Assembly: GCA_039096225.1 (NCBI GenBank)
Contig: JBBPEB010000011.1
Location: 1-64,000 of the forward strand
Source: Blastocystis sp. Blastoise
Lineage: Eukaryota; Protista; Bigyra: Opalinata
Length of the DNA stretch: 64,000 nt
Direction: 5' to 3'
Shown here: positions 13,365-42,242 of the stretch, piece by piece
Layout of the letters: each line of letters starts with the position of its first letter
How positions within the stretch are numbered: the stretch's first letter is position 1
Notes under the pieces: model-generated
What the model was told of the DNA's origin: nothing
Databases searched by the model: none
What the model saw: only the letters and a program-made list of their open reading frames with translations
Program-made: the position numbers and the translations under genes

Positions 13365-16300
13365 TCAAGAATGTATTTTAGATACATAGTTATTATATAA
13401 AGAGAAAAACATTTGATAATAAGAGAAGAGAGAATCAAATAATAAAGATTGTTCGATAGAATTCGATTTTGTATTGAGATCAAATGAAGGACATGATACA
13501 GTTTTATTTGTTTTTAATAGTGACGAATTCTTTATATGGTTTTTATTTGATGAAGATTGTATAGAAGTATTCATATCGGATATATAAGAAATATAGAAAG
13601 AATCTTTAGACACAGCAGTTATTTGCAAACAAAAATAGAAAAGATGTTTGAATTGTTTTAGTTGTGAGAAAGAAGGAGAATATAAATTAAAAAAGAAATC
13701 AAGATAATCAATGATTACATTATGATTGAAAAATGAAAGCGAGCAAAGAGAGTTGAATGATTCTTGAGGAATAGAATGAAGAATATCAGAATATAATTGA
13801 AATATAGAAACAGGAATTATTGAAGGAGAATAGAGAGTAATTGGAGAATATAATGTAGGTAGAGATACATATTTCATATCTATAAGTATTTTAGGTGAAT
13901 ATACAGTAGTTGATAAGAAATCATCAGTTTTATTATATACATCTTCAAAAAAAGATAAAGGAATACAAGTAAGATTTGTTGATATATATAGTTGTAAATC
14001 TTTTGTTGATTGTAAAGGAATAGAAAATAATGATAAATTCTTCGAGTTTGTATAATATAAATCATATATAAAGTCTAATAAAACATAAAGACTTGTTGAA
14101 TCCGAATGATATATAGTATTACTTGAAGAGAGAGTATTTTTATTATTTGTTTCGTGAAGAATAGATGACTGTATTGACGGCTGAGAAACACTCTTTGAAA
14201 TAAACACAAGAGATTTATTCAAAGATGGATTATCATATATAGAATGAGAAATTGGAGGAGCAATATTTGTAATATTATTATTAGGAATAGTGTTGGAAAT
14301 ATTATTAGGAATAGTGTTGGAAATATTATTATTAGAAATAGTATTAGAAATATTATTATTATTCAAATTATTATTCAAATTATTATTCAAATTATTATTC
14401 AAATTATTATTATTCAAATTATTATTATTCAAATTATTATTATTCAAATTATTATTATTCAAATTATTATTCAAATTATTACTATGATTACTCTTTCTAC
14501 TTTCATCAGTATATGTTAATGATGCTATAGTATAAGGTGCTTTCATTTCCTTAGTAGAGATAGATTGACATAGAGGAGATAATGATATAGATGTTGCTGG
14601 TAAAGGAGATACTGAAGACAATTCACACATACTATTAGAAACTACATGGTTATCATTAGAAGATTCAGAAATAGTAAAAGGATTTGATAATTCCATAGTA
14701 TTTGAATATACTGTTGTTTCATGTAGAGTCGAGAGAGATGCATTTAGTAATGATTGTGTTCCAATAGATGATTGTTGGTCATTATTTGAAGAAGAATTAA
14801 AAGAATTTGTATCTGTTGCTAATGTACACGATTGATAATATCTATGAAAAGATCCAGAAAGAGGAGTATCAGTAGTAGAAGATGATGATGATGATGATGA
14901 AAGAAGAGAGGAATGTTTATTTGTTCGAGAAGGAAGAGAAGAAGAAGAATAGTCATTATCACAAGAAGAATTAGTTCTATAAGAATTTGATGTTCCTGAC
15001 AAATCTAATGGAGGAATAATAGTAATAGCTTTAGAAAAAGGATAAGGATAAGAAGAAGGAGAAGAAGATGCAGATTGTATTTGTGTATTTATAGAAGAAT
15101 TTGAAGAAATACAAGAAGAATGAATATGATTATTATTATGTGTAGATTGATGACATATATGAGATGGAGAAGAAGAAGGAGATAATGAATAATATTGAGA
15201 TGCACTTTGAAGTAAAGGAGACATAGATGTATTTGCAGGAAGACAAGAACTAGAATTAATAGAAGAAGAGGGACTAGCAGTATCTTTCTGAGAAGAAATA
15301 TAGGATTGATTAGAATCCCTTAGAGAATTAGAAAGATAACGAACAACCATCAGAAATACGTAAGCTTCTGAAAAAGAAGGAAACTTAAAATATGGACAAT
15401 CGATATTAATTTTAGATCGAGTAAGAAAGATAGTATATGCATCATCCTATATATATTTAATGATAATTATTTATCACATAATATTTGTTTAATAATAAAT
15501 AAATTTCATAATAATAAATTTTATAATAAATAAATTAGTAATAAATAATATAATATAAATAAAATAAATATAATATAAATAAAATAAATATAATATAAAT
15601 AATATAATAAATATAATATAAATTATAAAAAAAAATATATAATATAAATTATAAAAAATATATATATAATATAAATAAAATAAATAAAAAATATATAATA
15701 TAAATTTAATAATAATATACTATTTGTTGAGTAGATAAAAAGAAAGCATTATAAGAGCATTTTAGATTATATATATATTTGGGAGTAATATCATTTGGAG
15801 AGTTATATATATATAGATATCGATCGGAAATACATATCCAAACATAATTCCATGATTTATTATGTTTCATCATTGCTATATTTTGATAATATGTATAACA
15901 GGCTGAGAAATAAGGAGAGTCTGTTAAATCACGAAAAGAAGATATTTTATTATATTCTATAGGGTAAGAAGGAATTGTTTTCGATATAGAATGAGTTGTA
16001 TCTATAGAGACTGCTGATGAATCTTTCGGTATTTGATTTGTAGGTATAGAATTTGATATAGAAATGGAAGAAATAGATGAAGGAAGAGGAGGAGAAGGAA
16101 GAGGTTTTGTTGTTTTTATAGTAGATGTAGTAGAATATAGATTAGAATCTTGAGTATAAGAAGCAGCATATATACTTTTATGAAAAGATAATTGTGGAGA
16201 ATTATTTACAGAAGAAGAAAGAGTTTCTTTAGGAAAGAAATAGGATGATTTAGATATATCTTTAGAAGTAGCATGAGGAAGAATAGGAGTAGATACTCTT

Positions 16301-18803
16301 GTTGTATTATTGATATTCGAAGATATTAAAGAAGAAGAAGATGAAGGAGGAGGAGGAGGAGATGAAGGAATAGGTGTAGGAATAATTGTATATTCATTAG
16401 ATGTATCTTGAGTATTATATGTATCTATATAAAGATGATTTGATGAAGTATTTAATGAAGCTATAGAAATAGTAGTAGGAGTAGATTGAAGAGAATTAAT
16501 AGTAGGTGTATACGATGAATGAGGATAAGAATATTTATTTTCTTTATGAGAAGTAATAGGAGAGTCTATGGGAGATAAAGGAGTATGAAAAGTAGATCGA
16601 GGAGGAGGAGGAGGAGGAGGAGGAGGAGACACGAAGGGTACTGGAGAAGGAGAATAACAAGGAGCACATGAATGATGCTGAAAATACTTTGTTTGATGAC
16701 GTTCTACTGCCATCTGTATAGTATTAGTTATATAAGTATGTCTAGATTCAAAAGTATCCATTTCTCTAAAGAAAATAGTAAATAGAAGATATATATTATA
16801 AATAATTATTAAAAAAATAATAAATAATAATTAATAAACATAATTAAAAAGAAATAATAATAAATAAATAAAATAAATAATAAAATAAATAAAATAAATA
16901 ATAAAAATAAAATAATAAAATAAATAATAAATAAATAAATAATAAAATAAATAATAAAATAAATAAATAAAAAAAATAATAAAAATAAAATAATAAAAAT
17001 TAACATACAATTCATTATAATCAAAGCATAAGAATTCGATATTAAAATTTTCAAATTTAACGAGAGTTTCTGCAAATAATGGATTTACAGTCAAATCTTT
17101 TGTTTTTAAATGATTTGATCTTAATTTAGACTTTGAACATATATTAATTAGATTTGTATTAAAACAAAAATGAAACACTTCTTTTTCATCAATTTGATAA
17201 GAACAACTGATATCGCCCTGTATTGTAGAGCCAATCTAATATATATATTATTATTATTTTATTTATTATATACAACAAAATATATATATATATACTAATA
17301 TAATATACAAAACCAAATAATAAATAAATAATAAATAATAAATAAATTTATATATATACAACAAAGGAGAGAATAGAAGGAGGTCCAAGTGTATAGAGAG
17401 GTTGCTGTTGAGACCAGCTAGAATTATATACTATATATTTATTCCCTTTATATTTACTATATAGTTTAATCGATTTATTTCCAGCACGAAATGAAGTGAA
17501 GTTATATGCAATAATTCCCGCGAAAATAACAGCTTTCGGATGTATATGTAAGGATTGTGAAAGAATAGTGTCCTTTTGTTTTTGAATAAGTGAATAAAAA
17601 TGACGTATACATACAATTTGTTCAATATTTTCGACTCCATCTCCTCGTTGAGTAGCAAAGAATTGAATGACTTCATTTATATAACAATTAGGGTCCTTAT
17701 TTATAGAAACACCATCCATAGATACAACAGAAGTCTCTCGATTCTCTTCTAATAAATCTATACCATATATATATTTCATAAACAAAAAATAACAACATAT
17801 TATTAACCCCGTACGACCTTTACCTATATATATATATTTTTTTATTATATAGAATTCTATTATAGTATATATAGAATAATGAAAAATTAAAAAATAACTA
17901 TTTATCAAATTATCATACAATATATATATATAATATTTATTTTTATTATATAGAATTCTATTATAGTATTTACAAAATAAAAAAAACTTAAAAAAAAATA
18001 TTTATCAAATTATCATACAAAAAATATATATATAAACTACTTGAAATAATAAAATTGATTACTATATATATATATATGTATACCCGCTAGACAATGGATA
18101 GCCACAACATTATTCGGGTCACAAAGAAGCCATGAAGATATTAAGTAACATAATGACCATATAGTATCCATAGAAGGAGATTCATGATCCGGAAACCCAG
18201 AGGAAAATACCTACAGAACAATCAAAATAATAATAATAATCATTATTAGTATGATTTTATAAATTAAGTAACAATATATAAAAGAATATATATATTTTTG
18301 AATATACTCTATTATTGAATTTCGAATAATCGTACACTCTCTCACTTAGATTAATCACAATATAATGATTATTATGTTCTGTATTTAATAATTTGGCTAC
18401 CTATAAAAATATATTTAAATTACAAAAAAAAAATTAGACTCAATAAATTCAACAAAAATACTTGATTCAAAGAATTTCGAAATGCTGATTCAAGTCCTGT
18501 AGAAGGCATCCCCATTGCTATTATTCTAAAGAATAAAATATTATTAAATTAACAAAATATATTTTAAAAAATAATAATTATTATATAAATTGCAATAATT
18601 CGCTTTATAAACTTTAAACAAATATCACAAAATAAAAAGCAAGAATAATGTAATACATACGTATTTGTAATATATGTTAAATCTAAATCATATGTACAAT
18701 CTACATAACGATTTCGATTTCCTATAATATTTATATTATTTAGGTTAATCCACACATATAGAAACATACCAGAAATTGTCCATTTCAATTTTGTATTGAA
18801 CAT
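13365..18803 (-). CDS. PTEN-like phosphatase with PTEN-C2, polyproline, PH-like domain and long low-complexity tail
   Basis: DLDLTYIT, IIAMGMP, FPDH and P-loop HCLAG|KGRTG. C2 segment GDISC...FHFCFNT. PH-like KSWNYVWICISDRYLYIY...IYNL. Confidence 0.85.
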
Positions 18804-19877
18804 ATCTACTATTTAAATGTAACAATGAAATAACTGCAGATAATATGACTAATAAATATTCAGAATGATCAATATAAGAAATATATTTCTTTATATTGAA
18901 ATAATAATAACAAAATGAATCTTTACAGTAAAAAAAAATATGTTCTTCAAAGAAAAATTTAAAAGAGTTTTGTTACCATTTCGCCACTTCAATCAAATTC
19001 CCAGAAATATTAATTGTGATTGTGGTTATTTTTTGCGTTTCCTCATGAATATGCTTTCTGTAGTTTAAATATTAAAACAATGAAACTTATTTAAACTAGT
19101 TCTCTTTCTTACAATCAATGATATTTCATATAGATATCAATGAAATTGAATCATTGATATTAAATAATATATACCTTTTAGGATAGGTTTCGTTTCTTAT
19201 CATGTTTTTTAACATTTAAAGTCAATTGTTCCTAAATATTCGAATATTATCATTTTAACTATCTCTATGATACAATAGATCCATTAAATAATAGAATCCT
19301 AGCAATCATCTATAAATCTAGGTTGCTTTTATTTTATTCAAACCAATTTTATTCATTATAAGGAGTAATATACTGTTTCACTAAGATCTAGTATCATTAC
19401 TATATCTAGAATACTGAGTAAATTCTATAAAAAGACAAAACTAATCAGTTTATGTAATATCTGATGATTATTCTATGCTAACAATTCTAAGATATGTTGA
19501 CATTATTTGTATAAATAATGACTAAGAAATTAATAGAACAATCTAATGTTGTTTTTATGTTTTTTTAAATGTTTTATATCCATAATAATAACACACCATT
19601 TCAAAAAAATATCCATATAAAACCATTAGTATAGTATATATATGTAGAGACACCAGTGATAAATCTTTTGAGCAACCAATAATAACATAGATATTGATAT
19701 AAAATAAGTTTTTAATTGAATGAACCAGTTTTACCTCCAAAACATTAATACAAGATATCTCTAAAAAAAATGGAATTATGGTTCTTATCTCTTACTGATA
19801 GAGTTATCTAGATTTAATATTTGTTAGATTTAGATTCCTTTCTATCTATAAACCATTTAGAGAAGAACAAAAAAAAA

Positions 19878-22336
19878 ATGAATCATATAAATATTGTTTC
19901 ATTACTTCAATTAAAGAAGCATCCATGTAGTTATCAATATGAATTATATCATAGTCATTTCTTAAGACAAAAGAACTTTTCATTATTGAGAGTAATTGTA
20001 AGATTTGTATTAATCACTGATTAAGTTTTTTTCCTTTTTATTTTGTATCCAGATATAATATAAAAATGAAATTAAACCTGTAGTTAGCTTCTTATATATA
20101 TAAATATATAGTCAGAAATGGATACTTATGATTCAGATGTTCTTTCGTTTTTTCCAGAATATCCATTAAATAAAAGGTCTCGTATTACTGAAATACTGGT
20201 ATATGGATCACTTTTATGTACTTTAACTAACTCTGGTGTTTGTTCAGCTTATAATACAAGTCAATATATATATATATATATATATATTTCATATTGAATA
20301 ATAATTTTATATATTATATTAATTTTTTTTCTACATAGATATTATAGAAATATATATATATTTTAAACATATTATATGTATATTTCTTATAGATACAATG
20401 AAACGAATATGTTTTTTAAATAGCAATTCTCAAGAGATAATTCGTTCTATATATTTGAATAAATACACGCAATCTATAGATCTAGTTATAATAGACTTTT
20501 TAGGTGATTCTACATGTTTAACAAGTCGTTCTATTTCTATACAGTATATATTTATATCATATTATTCTTATCTTCTTTTTTTTACATTTTTAATAAAAGT
20601 GATATTATCAATGGAAATACTAATGGAAAATTACTTTTTCAAAATGAAAATCTTATATATCCCAGCTTTATTGAATTCGATTCTATCAATAGAATTATTC
20701 TTACATTTACAAGCAATACTCAGTATTTTTTTGATTATGTTTTGTGATTATTTTTTTTGATTATTTATATTATTATACTTATAATGCTTTATTATCATAT
20801 ATATTATATATATATATTATTATACTTATTCTATATATTATTCTATATATTATTCAATATTTATTATATATATTATTCTATATATTATAATACTTATTAT
20901 ACATATTATCATACATATTATTATAATTATAACTAAACTTATTATTATTAAAAAAAAAACATAATAGAACATATAAAGTATGGTCATTATTAGATTATTC
21001 GCTTCTCTATTCGATTCACGATCAAAATATTGTTGATATCCGATTAAGGTAATTTATATATATAAAATAATCATATATATATATATATATGAATAAAATT
21101 ATAATAGTTTGGGAACGATGGTTGTTGTTCATGGAATTCAAACAGTTATAACAAATAAAAATATACTAAATACATTACATATGGAAAATATATCTATTCC
21201 ATTAACAGAAACTACTTCTTGTTCTCTATATAATAAAATTACAACAAAACAAATGAATCAATATATTGAATGTTCTTCTTTATTATTATCATTTATAAAT
21301 ATAAATACAGGACAACAATTATATGATTTAACATTTTATCTTCCTTCTCAATCAGAATATGACTTTTTAGAATTATTTGGAGATTGTTTTATGTTAAAAA
21401 CAAAAAATGAGCCTTTATATTTAGTCAATGTATTTAGTTTCATATCAAATTCTAATTAGCTATTAATTCAATTACTATGCTATATGGAAAAATATATTTA
21501 TATCAAAACTATTAAACACTATAATTTTATATACAATATTACTATTATACAATTATTTTATATAATAATAATATTGAATATTATATAGTTAGTCACTCAA
21601 ACATTATCACGGATGCCTATGGAGAAGATGAACAATATCGCCTATTTATTCTTATATAACAAGAATAATGTTATTATTATTAATCAATCATCCATTGAAA
21701 TATGGAACTTTAACTGTTCTCTTGAAGCAATGTATGTATTATTGTTTTATTATATTAAGTTAAAATAATTCATATTATATTATTTATAATAATTATTATA
21801 TTATAATAATAATTATATTATAATTATTTATATTATAATAATTTATATTACATTTATACCATTTATTGATTTCATAATACTCTATCAATATGATTTTCAT
21901 TTTATTTTTAGAATACAAAAGACTCCTATATCTTCTTTAAAAAATACAAAATATATATTATATATGTCAGAATCTCAAGATTTTCTTGTTTATTATTATA
22001 AAGGTGATCAAGGAAATGGTATATATATAAATCATATTAAATAGTAAACCCTATATACTTTATATAATTATTACCTTCCTATTCAGATATCCTTTGTTTT
22101 TATGACTTAATACATTATCAACTTCTCTATCAATTTCAACAAAACTATCAACAACCTAATGAAACTGTAGCTATCGAAGGAATCAGCTGTATTTATTTTC
22201 ATGAAGAATCCTTAGAGTTATATACAGGTATACTCTAATTTTCAATTATTTATTATATAAATTGATTGTTTTAAACTTCTACTTCTATTAAGGTGCTCGT
22301 AGCGGAATGGTTTATCGATGGACAATCATTCATTGA
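19878..22336 (+). CDS. Conserved uncharacterised WD40-like/beta-propeller protein (family recalled from plants and protists), multi-exon
   Basis: RSRITEI, SGVCSAY, KRICFLN..QEIIRSIYLNK, LIYPSFIEFDSIN, YKVWSLLDYSLLYSI and ELYTGARSGMVYRW. All junctions join in frame. Confidence 0.7.
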
Positions 22337-22983
22337 ATTTCAACAAATATTATTGATATAATATTATTCTAAAAGTGATTATTATTTACTTGTTAAACAA
22401 TTAAAAAAAAAAATAATTGTTTTAAAATAATTTTGTTTTTATTATACATAACTCTTATTTTTGAAAAACTTCTTAATAAATACGAAGCACGTGTATAGAA
22501 TAAAAATATTTACCAAAGAACAATCAAATATAGATATACATAAAAAACACGAACAACAAATAGAAAAATATATTCAAAAATTAAAAAATATAATAATAGA
22601 AATGGAATGATTCAGAAAGAAATAAAAAGTTTATGTAATAAATGAAATAGAAATTGGACATTACATATAATATTCTTATATTCATATATTTAATAAAAAA
22701 CATATATAATAATTTTTATATTTAATGAATGATATTCCATTTAAAAAAACAAATAATAACAATGTATAAATAATACAGAGAATAATATATATAAAACAAT
22801 TAAAGCAAATAATTAAAAAAAAAATAAAAACATTAAATTAAATAATGAAATAATAAATACTAAATGTATATAAAAAATTATAAATAATAGAAACATATAT
22901 ATATTTATAGATTAATATTTTTAATATATATATACATAAGATTATTAAAAGAATACTACAATTTGTATGATATTTGAATAGAA

Positions 22984-31786
<8,803 letters not shown>

Positions 31787-32160
31787 ATCTAAATTTGATT
31801 TATTCATACCACAAATAAACATACATTTCAAATCAAATAATCAAGGTATTTAATCACGATATAAAAAAACAATTATCACTAAAGTAAAGATTTAAAAAAA
31901 AAAACCTGACGTCTGCAGAATAACCAAAATAAAAAAAATATTTTATAAATTTTTTATAAAAATGAGAAATTGAACAAAATCTACAGAAGGTAGGTAGCCT
32001 ATCCAATAACGACTTTTTGTTTCCGCTAAATTGCGTAAAGATAATTCTGTAAGAATAAAATGAATCCAAAGAAAGTCTCGTATGAGATAAAAACAAATAA
32101 TTTCCAAAAATTTTAAAACTCATTTAACGATTTTATTTGTATTTATTCAATTAAAGAGAA

Positions 32161-34987
32161 ATGTCATCTGAAGAAAAGGGTACAAAAAGAGTTCTTGAAG
32201 AAGAAGTAAAAGAAGATTCAACAAAAGAAGAGAATAAAGATGTGAAAGAATCAGAATCTGTAAATGTTGATGATTCTAGTGATGAAGAAGGTCCTTTACC
32301 TGTTCCTAAGAAAACAATTAAAAGAAGAAAATTAGAACATGAAGATCTATACAAACAAAATCTACCATCGGCTTATATGTATGAAAAATCATATATGCAT
32401 CGTGATACGATAACTCATGTCATAACATCTCCGATAACTCAATTTATCATTACAGCTAGTGTTGATGGTCATGTCAAATTTTGGAAGAAAGTTCCTGTAG
32501 TATGTTTTTTTTTTAACATTTGTGTTTTTTTATATTATTTTAATGCTATTCATATTTTATATATATATATTTGTTAACTATTTTAAAGTGAATGTTTTTC
32601 TTTGTTACCATGTAGTATATAATAATGTAGTATATTTTTTACTCTATAGGGTATTGAGTTTGTGAAACATTATAAATCTCATAAAGAAGCTGTGACTGGT
32701 TTATGTTGTTCTATGAATGGTCAATATTGTTTGTCTCATTCATCTGATAAAACATTAAAGATCTATGATATATTAACTTTCGATATGATTTGTTATATAG
32801 AACTTCTCTGTATTCCCCAAGCTTCTTGTTGGACTTATCAAGAAGGAGACTTCTCGTATGTATTGCTATTTGTGTGTTTGTTTGTTTTTGTTTTTTATTT
32901 TTTATTGTAAATGTTATTGTTATTGATATTCTTATCATTGTTATATATTATTTTTATATTATAATTATTTTTTATTGTTTTTTTTTATTGTTATTTTTTA
33001 TTATCATTTTTATATTATTATTTTATTATTTTATTATTATTCTTTTATTATTTTTATATTATTCTTTTATTATTATTCTTTTTTCTATAATTATTTATTT
33101 ACTATTTTCCAAATAATTTTTCATGAATCTAATGTATTGAATAGAAATATATTTAGACTATAATAACTATCTATATATATATATATATATCTTCTAGGTA
33201 TTCTTATGTTGTATCCAGTAAGGAAGATAATAAGATTTATTATTACCGTCTGAATGAGACTGAACCGACAGCTATTTATACAATTCATCGAAGTCCAGTT
33301 CTTTGTATGGCTTATAATCCTAAATATAATGTAGTTATATCTATTGATTCTAAGGGAATTATTGAGTATATATATTATATATATATAAAGAAATAATAAA
33401 TATATATATATATATATAGTTATTGGAATCCTAAGACAGGTCTATTTCCCGCGGATATCGTTGAATTTAAATTGAAAACAAGTACAAATTTATATGATAT
33501 TGCCCGCCAAAAATCTTCTCCTGTTTCTATAACTATATCTCCAGATGGAGAATTATTTGCTGTTATGGCTAGTGACTCTCAAGTATATATTATATTATTG
33601 TTATATTTATATTGACTCTTATTATTTAGTATATATATATTTATTATTTATTTCAATTTATATATGATATCAATGCATTAACAATTATATTTTTATTATA
33701 AATAATACTATTATATATTTTTTTTTTTTTACAGATTCGAATTTTTAATTTTAAATCTGGAAAATTAGTTCATCAATATGATGAATCCATTTCTACATTA
33801 GAAGATCAAATGTCCCGCGGGGAACTTGGTATTGAAGCTATTGATTTTGGTCGACGACTTCAACGAGAAAAAGATATTCTTGTATAGATATATATAAACT
33901 CTACTAGATTATAATATAAAATCTTCTGTTTTTTTTTCTATATATATATATCTATTTTCATGTTTAGAGTAAAGAAGAGCCTATATATCGTAATATTATA
34001 TTTGATGAAACTGGCTATTTTATCTTTTATGGAACACTTCTTGGTATCAAGTGTATTAATGTATATTTATGGAGATTAACTATTTTATTTATTAAAATTA
34101 TATATATAAATATATATATTTTTTATACATACTCTATATATTATTAGATCTATACAAATAAATGTATTAATATTCTTGGGAAAGTTGAGAATTCAGAACG
34201 TTTTACTTGTTTAGCACTGACTCAAGGAATGGCTAAAGTCTCTTCACAAGTATATATTTATTATAAATGGACTATTTTTTCTTTATTTTAAAAAATAATT
34301 TTCCTTCATTATATATATATATATATATATATATAGATCATTTTAGAGACTAAGCAGAGTTCCCGTAAACCAGGTGAAAATCAGTTAAAAGCAAAAATAG
34401 ATCCTACATTATTTTGTACTTCGTACAATAAGCATCGTTTTTATATGTTTACAAAACGTGAACCCTCAGGTAAATCGACGGAGCCACGTGATATTTTCAA
34501 CGAGAAGCCAACCGAAAAGGATAGATTAGTCGCCGAACAACAAGATACTCGTTATATCGCTTCAAAAGCTATTATGCATACAAATAAGGGAGATATTGAA
34601 CTCGAATTATTTAAAGACAAAACACCAAAAACATATCTTTTTATTATGTATTTATTTTTTTTATTTTTTTTTATTTTTTTTTTATTTTTTATTTTTTTAT
34701 ATTTATTATTTTTTTATTTTTTTATTTTTTTATTTTTTTATTTTTTATTTTTTTATTTTTTTTTTTATTTATTATTTTTTTTATTATTATATATATATTT
34801 TTTTATATTATTATATTTATATATATATTCGTTTTTATTTATTCATTTATTATTATTATTATATATAATTCCTTCATTATATACTGTAGAGAACTTTTCT
34901 ACTCATAGTAAAGAAGGATATTATAATAATTTATTATTCCATCGTGTAATTAAAGACTTTATGATTCAAGGAGGAGACCCAGAAGGT

Positions 34988-35072
<85 letters not shown>

Positions 35073-35370
35073 TAATGGTACAGGAGGTGAGAGTATATGG
35101 GGTGGTTCCTTTGAAGATGAATTCGATCCTTCTTTAACATTTGAACAACCATTTATATTAGCTATGGCGAATGCTGGACCAAATACAAATGGCTCTCAAT
35201 TCTTTATTACTACCAAACCTTGTCCACATCTCAACTATAAACATACTGTATTTGGTCGTGTGACGAATGGTAAAGATGTCGTTCATGCCATCGAAAATGT
35301 GCAAACACATAAAACAACAGACAGACCTTTCGATAATATTAAAATCATTAGTATTGATACCATCATTTAA
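32161..35370 (+). CDS. PPWD1: Peptidylprolyl isomerase domain and WD repeat-containing protein 1
   Basis: [52 protein letters not shown] and [16 protein letters not shown]. Confidence 0.95.
34633..34884 (+). other. U12-type AT-AC intron in PPWD1
   Basis: 5' ATATCTTT, branch-like TTCCTTCAT at 34869-34877, 3' TAC. Removal restores the cyclophilin motif PKT|VENF. Confidence 0.9.
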
Positions 35371-35570
35371 ATACATTTATTTTCCTTGTATCTATTCTAT
35401 TTATTTATTTCATTGTTCTTTAATTGTTTAGAACTCATTCATGAGCTAGGTTAATCTTTATGTATGTCATTTTTAACTTTTTTTAAATAAAATTCTCATT
35501 TCAACTCTATACAATAAATTGGAAAAATAAAAACAGAACGTAACACTAAAATGAATAATAGACACTATAG

Positions 35571-35961
35571 TTAACAATCAAACTCACTTATCATTTTTAA
35601 ACAAACTTCTAAATGATCAAACACACTCGACACAATCATTCGCAACGATTTTAAATCAGCACCCCCTAAATTTCTATATATATATATATTATTCATAAAA
35701 ATCTAAATATATTCTATTCTTCTATAAAACATATAAAAAAAAATCCATGAATACCATGATATATACATTTTAAGTTCATTTCTTTCACTTATATATTCTT
35801 TACTTACTTTATCTTTAGATATTTCTGGGTCTACAGATAATACTTTTTGAATAATACTTGCATGATTAGGGTTATTTAATGTTAATTTGATTGTTCTATG
35901 CATGTAATAAATATTTATTTATGATACATATATATATATACGTTTGATAAGGAAATGACAT
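35571..35961 (-). CDS. PCC1: KEOPS complex subunit Pcc1/LAGE3, 3 exons
   Basis: HASIIQKVLSVDPE and ADLKSLRMIVSSVFDHL; about 85 aa. Confidence 0.85.
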
Positions 35962-36183
35962 TCTTGTTTTTCTCTTTAAAAGAATTCTTAAAAATTTTGG
36001 AGCGAGATTTTTTGAAAAAAAATTCTTCGTATTTATTGTAATAATCACGATAAATCATAACTAATGAACTTGTTCTTTTATTATTTCCATGTTACGAGAT
36101 AAAGCGAACTAGCACTATATAAAGTCGATTCTATTATTGTTCAGGAATAACACTCATTTTTTATTTGTTTTTAAAATTTAAAC

Positions 36184-41233
<5,050 letters not shown>

Positions 41234-41842
41234 TAGAACTATTATAAACATTTGCAACATAACATGAAAGTTATTCAATGAAGTATTATCCAAACAAAAT
41301 TATATTTTTTTAATATATAAAAACTATTTATAACATAATTTTTTTTTAATATATAAAAACTATTCATATAACAATTATCTCTATAATATTCTCATTTTCC
41401 TCTTTTTCTCTTTATATATATAAAAAAAATAATCTTGTTCTCCTTTATTTTTCATTTTGTTTTGTATAAATATGTATGAAAACTAACTACTTTTTATTAA
41501 TATCAACTTGAATTATGATCTTTTATAAATTTCACAGTTTATCAATCGCTGTTCTCATATTAATCATCAAATTAAAATCAACAATGGACTTCTAATATTC
41601 ATTCAATAGGATCATTTATATTCTAATATTATTTATAACTATTTCTATAATTCATTCAAGATATTTATTTCATAAATCCCCCAAATATACAGAATTTTAC
41701 TCAGAAAAAGAAAAGAAACTTCGATTTTCAGAGAAACACATTATTTTCATGATTATTTTGTTTATGGTTTCTCTGTTTTCATTTGTTATCAGAAATGAAT
41801 TTTAAAAAGTCATTCATTTATTCTTTCTATATTTATATCATC

Positions 41843-42242
41843 ATGGCTAATCTTTTTGGACAAAGTATTGGTAGATTCTTAGGTGATTGGGCAGCTAAGA
41901 AGTTATCTCAAACTAAAACTATGCAAAGTGCTGCACAAGCTGCATTCAAAGGTGTTTCTAAAGTGAAAAAAGAAGCTGTCAATGTATATACTAATTTTAT
42001 TCTCTTTATCTATACAATCTTATATCATTATTTTATATATTTGAATCAAATTTACATATGAATTTTTAATTTCTTATTTAAATTCAAATAAATTCACTTT
42101 AAATGTTTGCAATTAGTCTATATTTTCATTTTTTCTATAGGCTGGTGCTAAAGCTGGTCAATATTCAGTCAAAGCAAAAGATACAGCTGGTGAATTCTTT
42201 TCTACATTAAAGAATGAAGTCATAAAAGATTTCAAAAAGTAA
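41843..42242 (+). CDS. Small (~80 aa) basic amphipathic protein resembling the NCBP2-AS2/HIAR microprotein family, 2 exons
   Basis: MANLFGQSIGRFLGDWAAKKLSQTKTMQSAAQ...FFSTLKNEVIKDFKK*, with strong codon bias. Confidence 0.6.
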
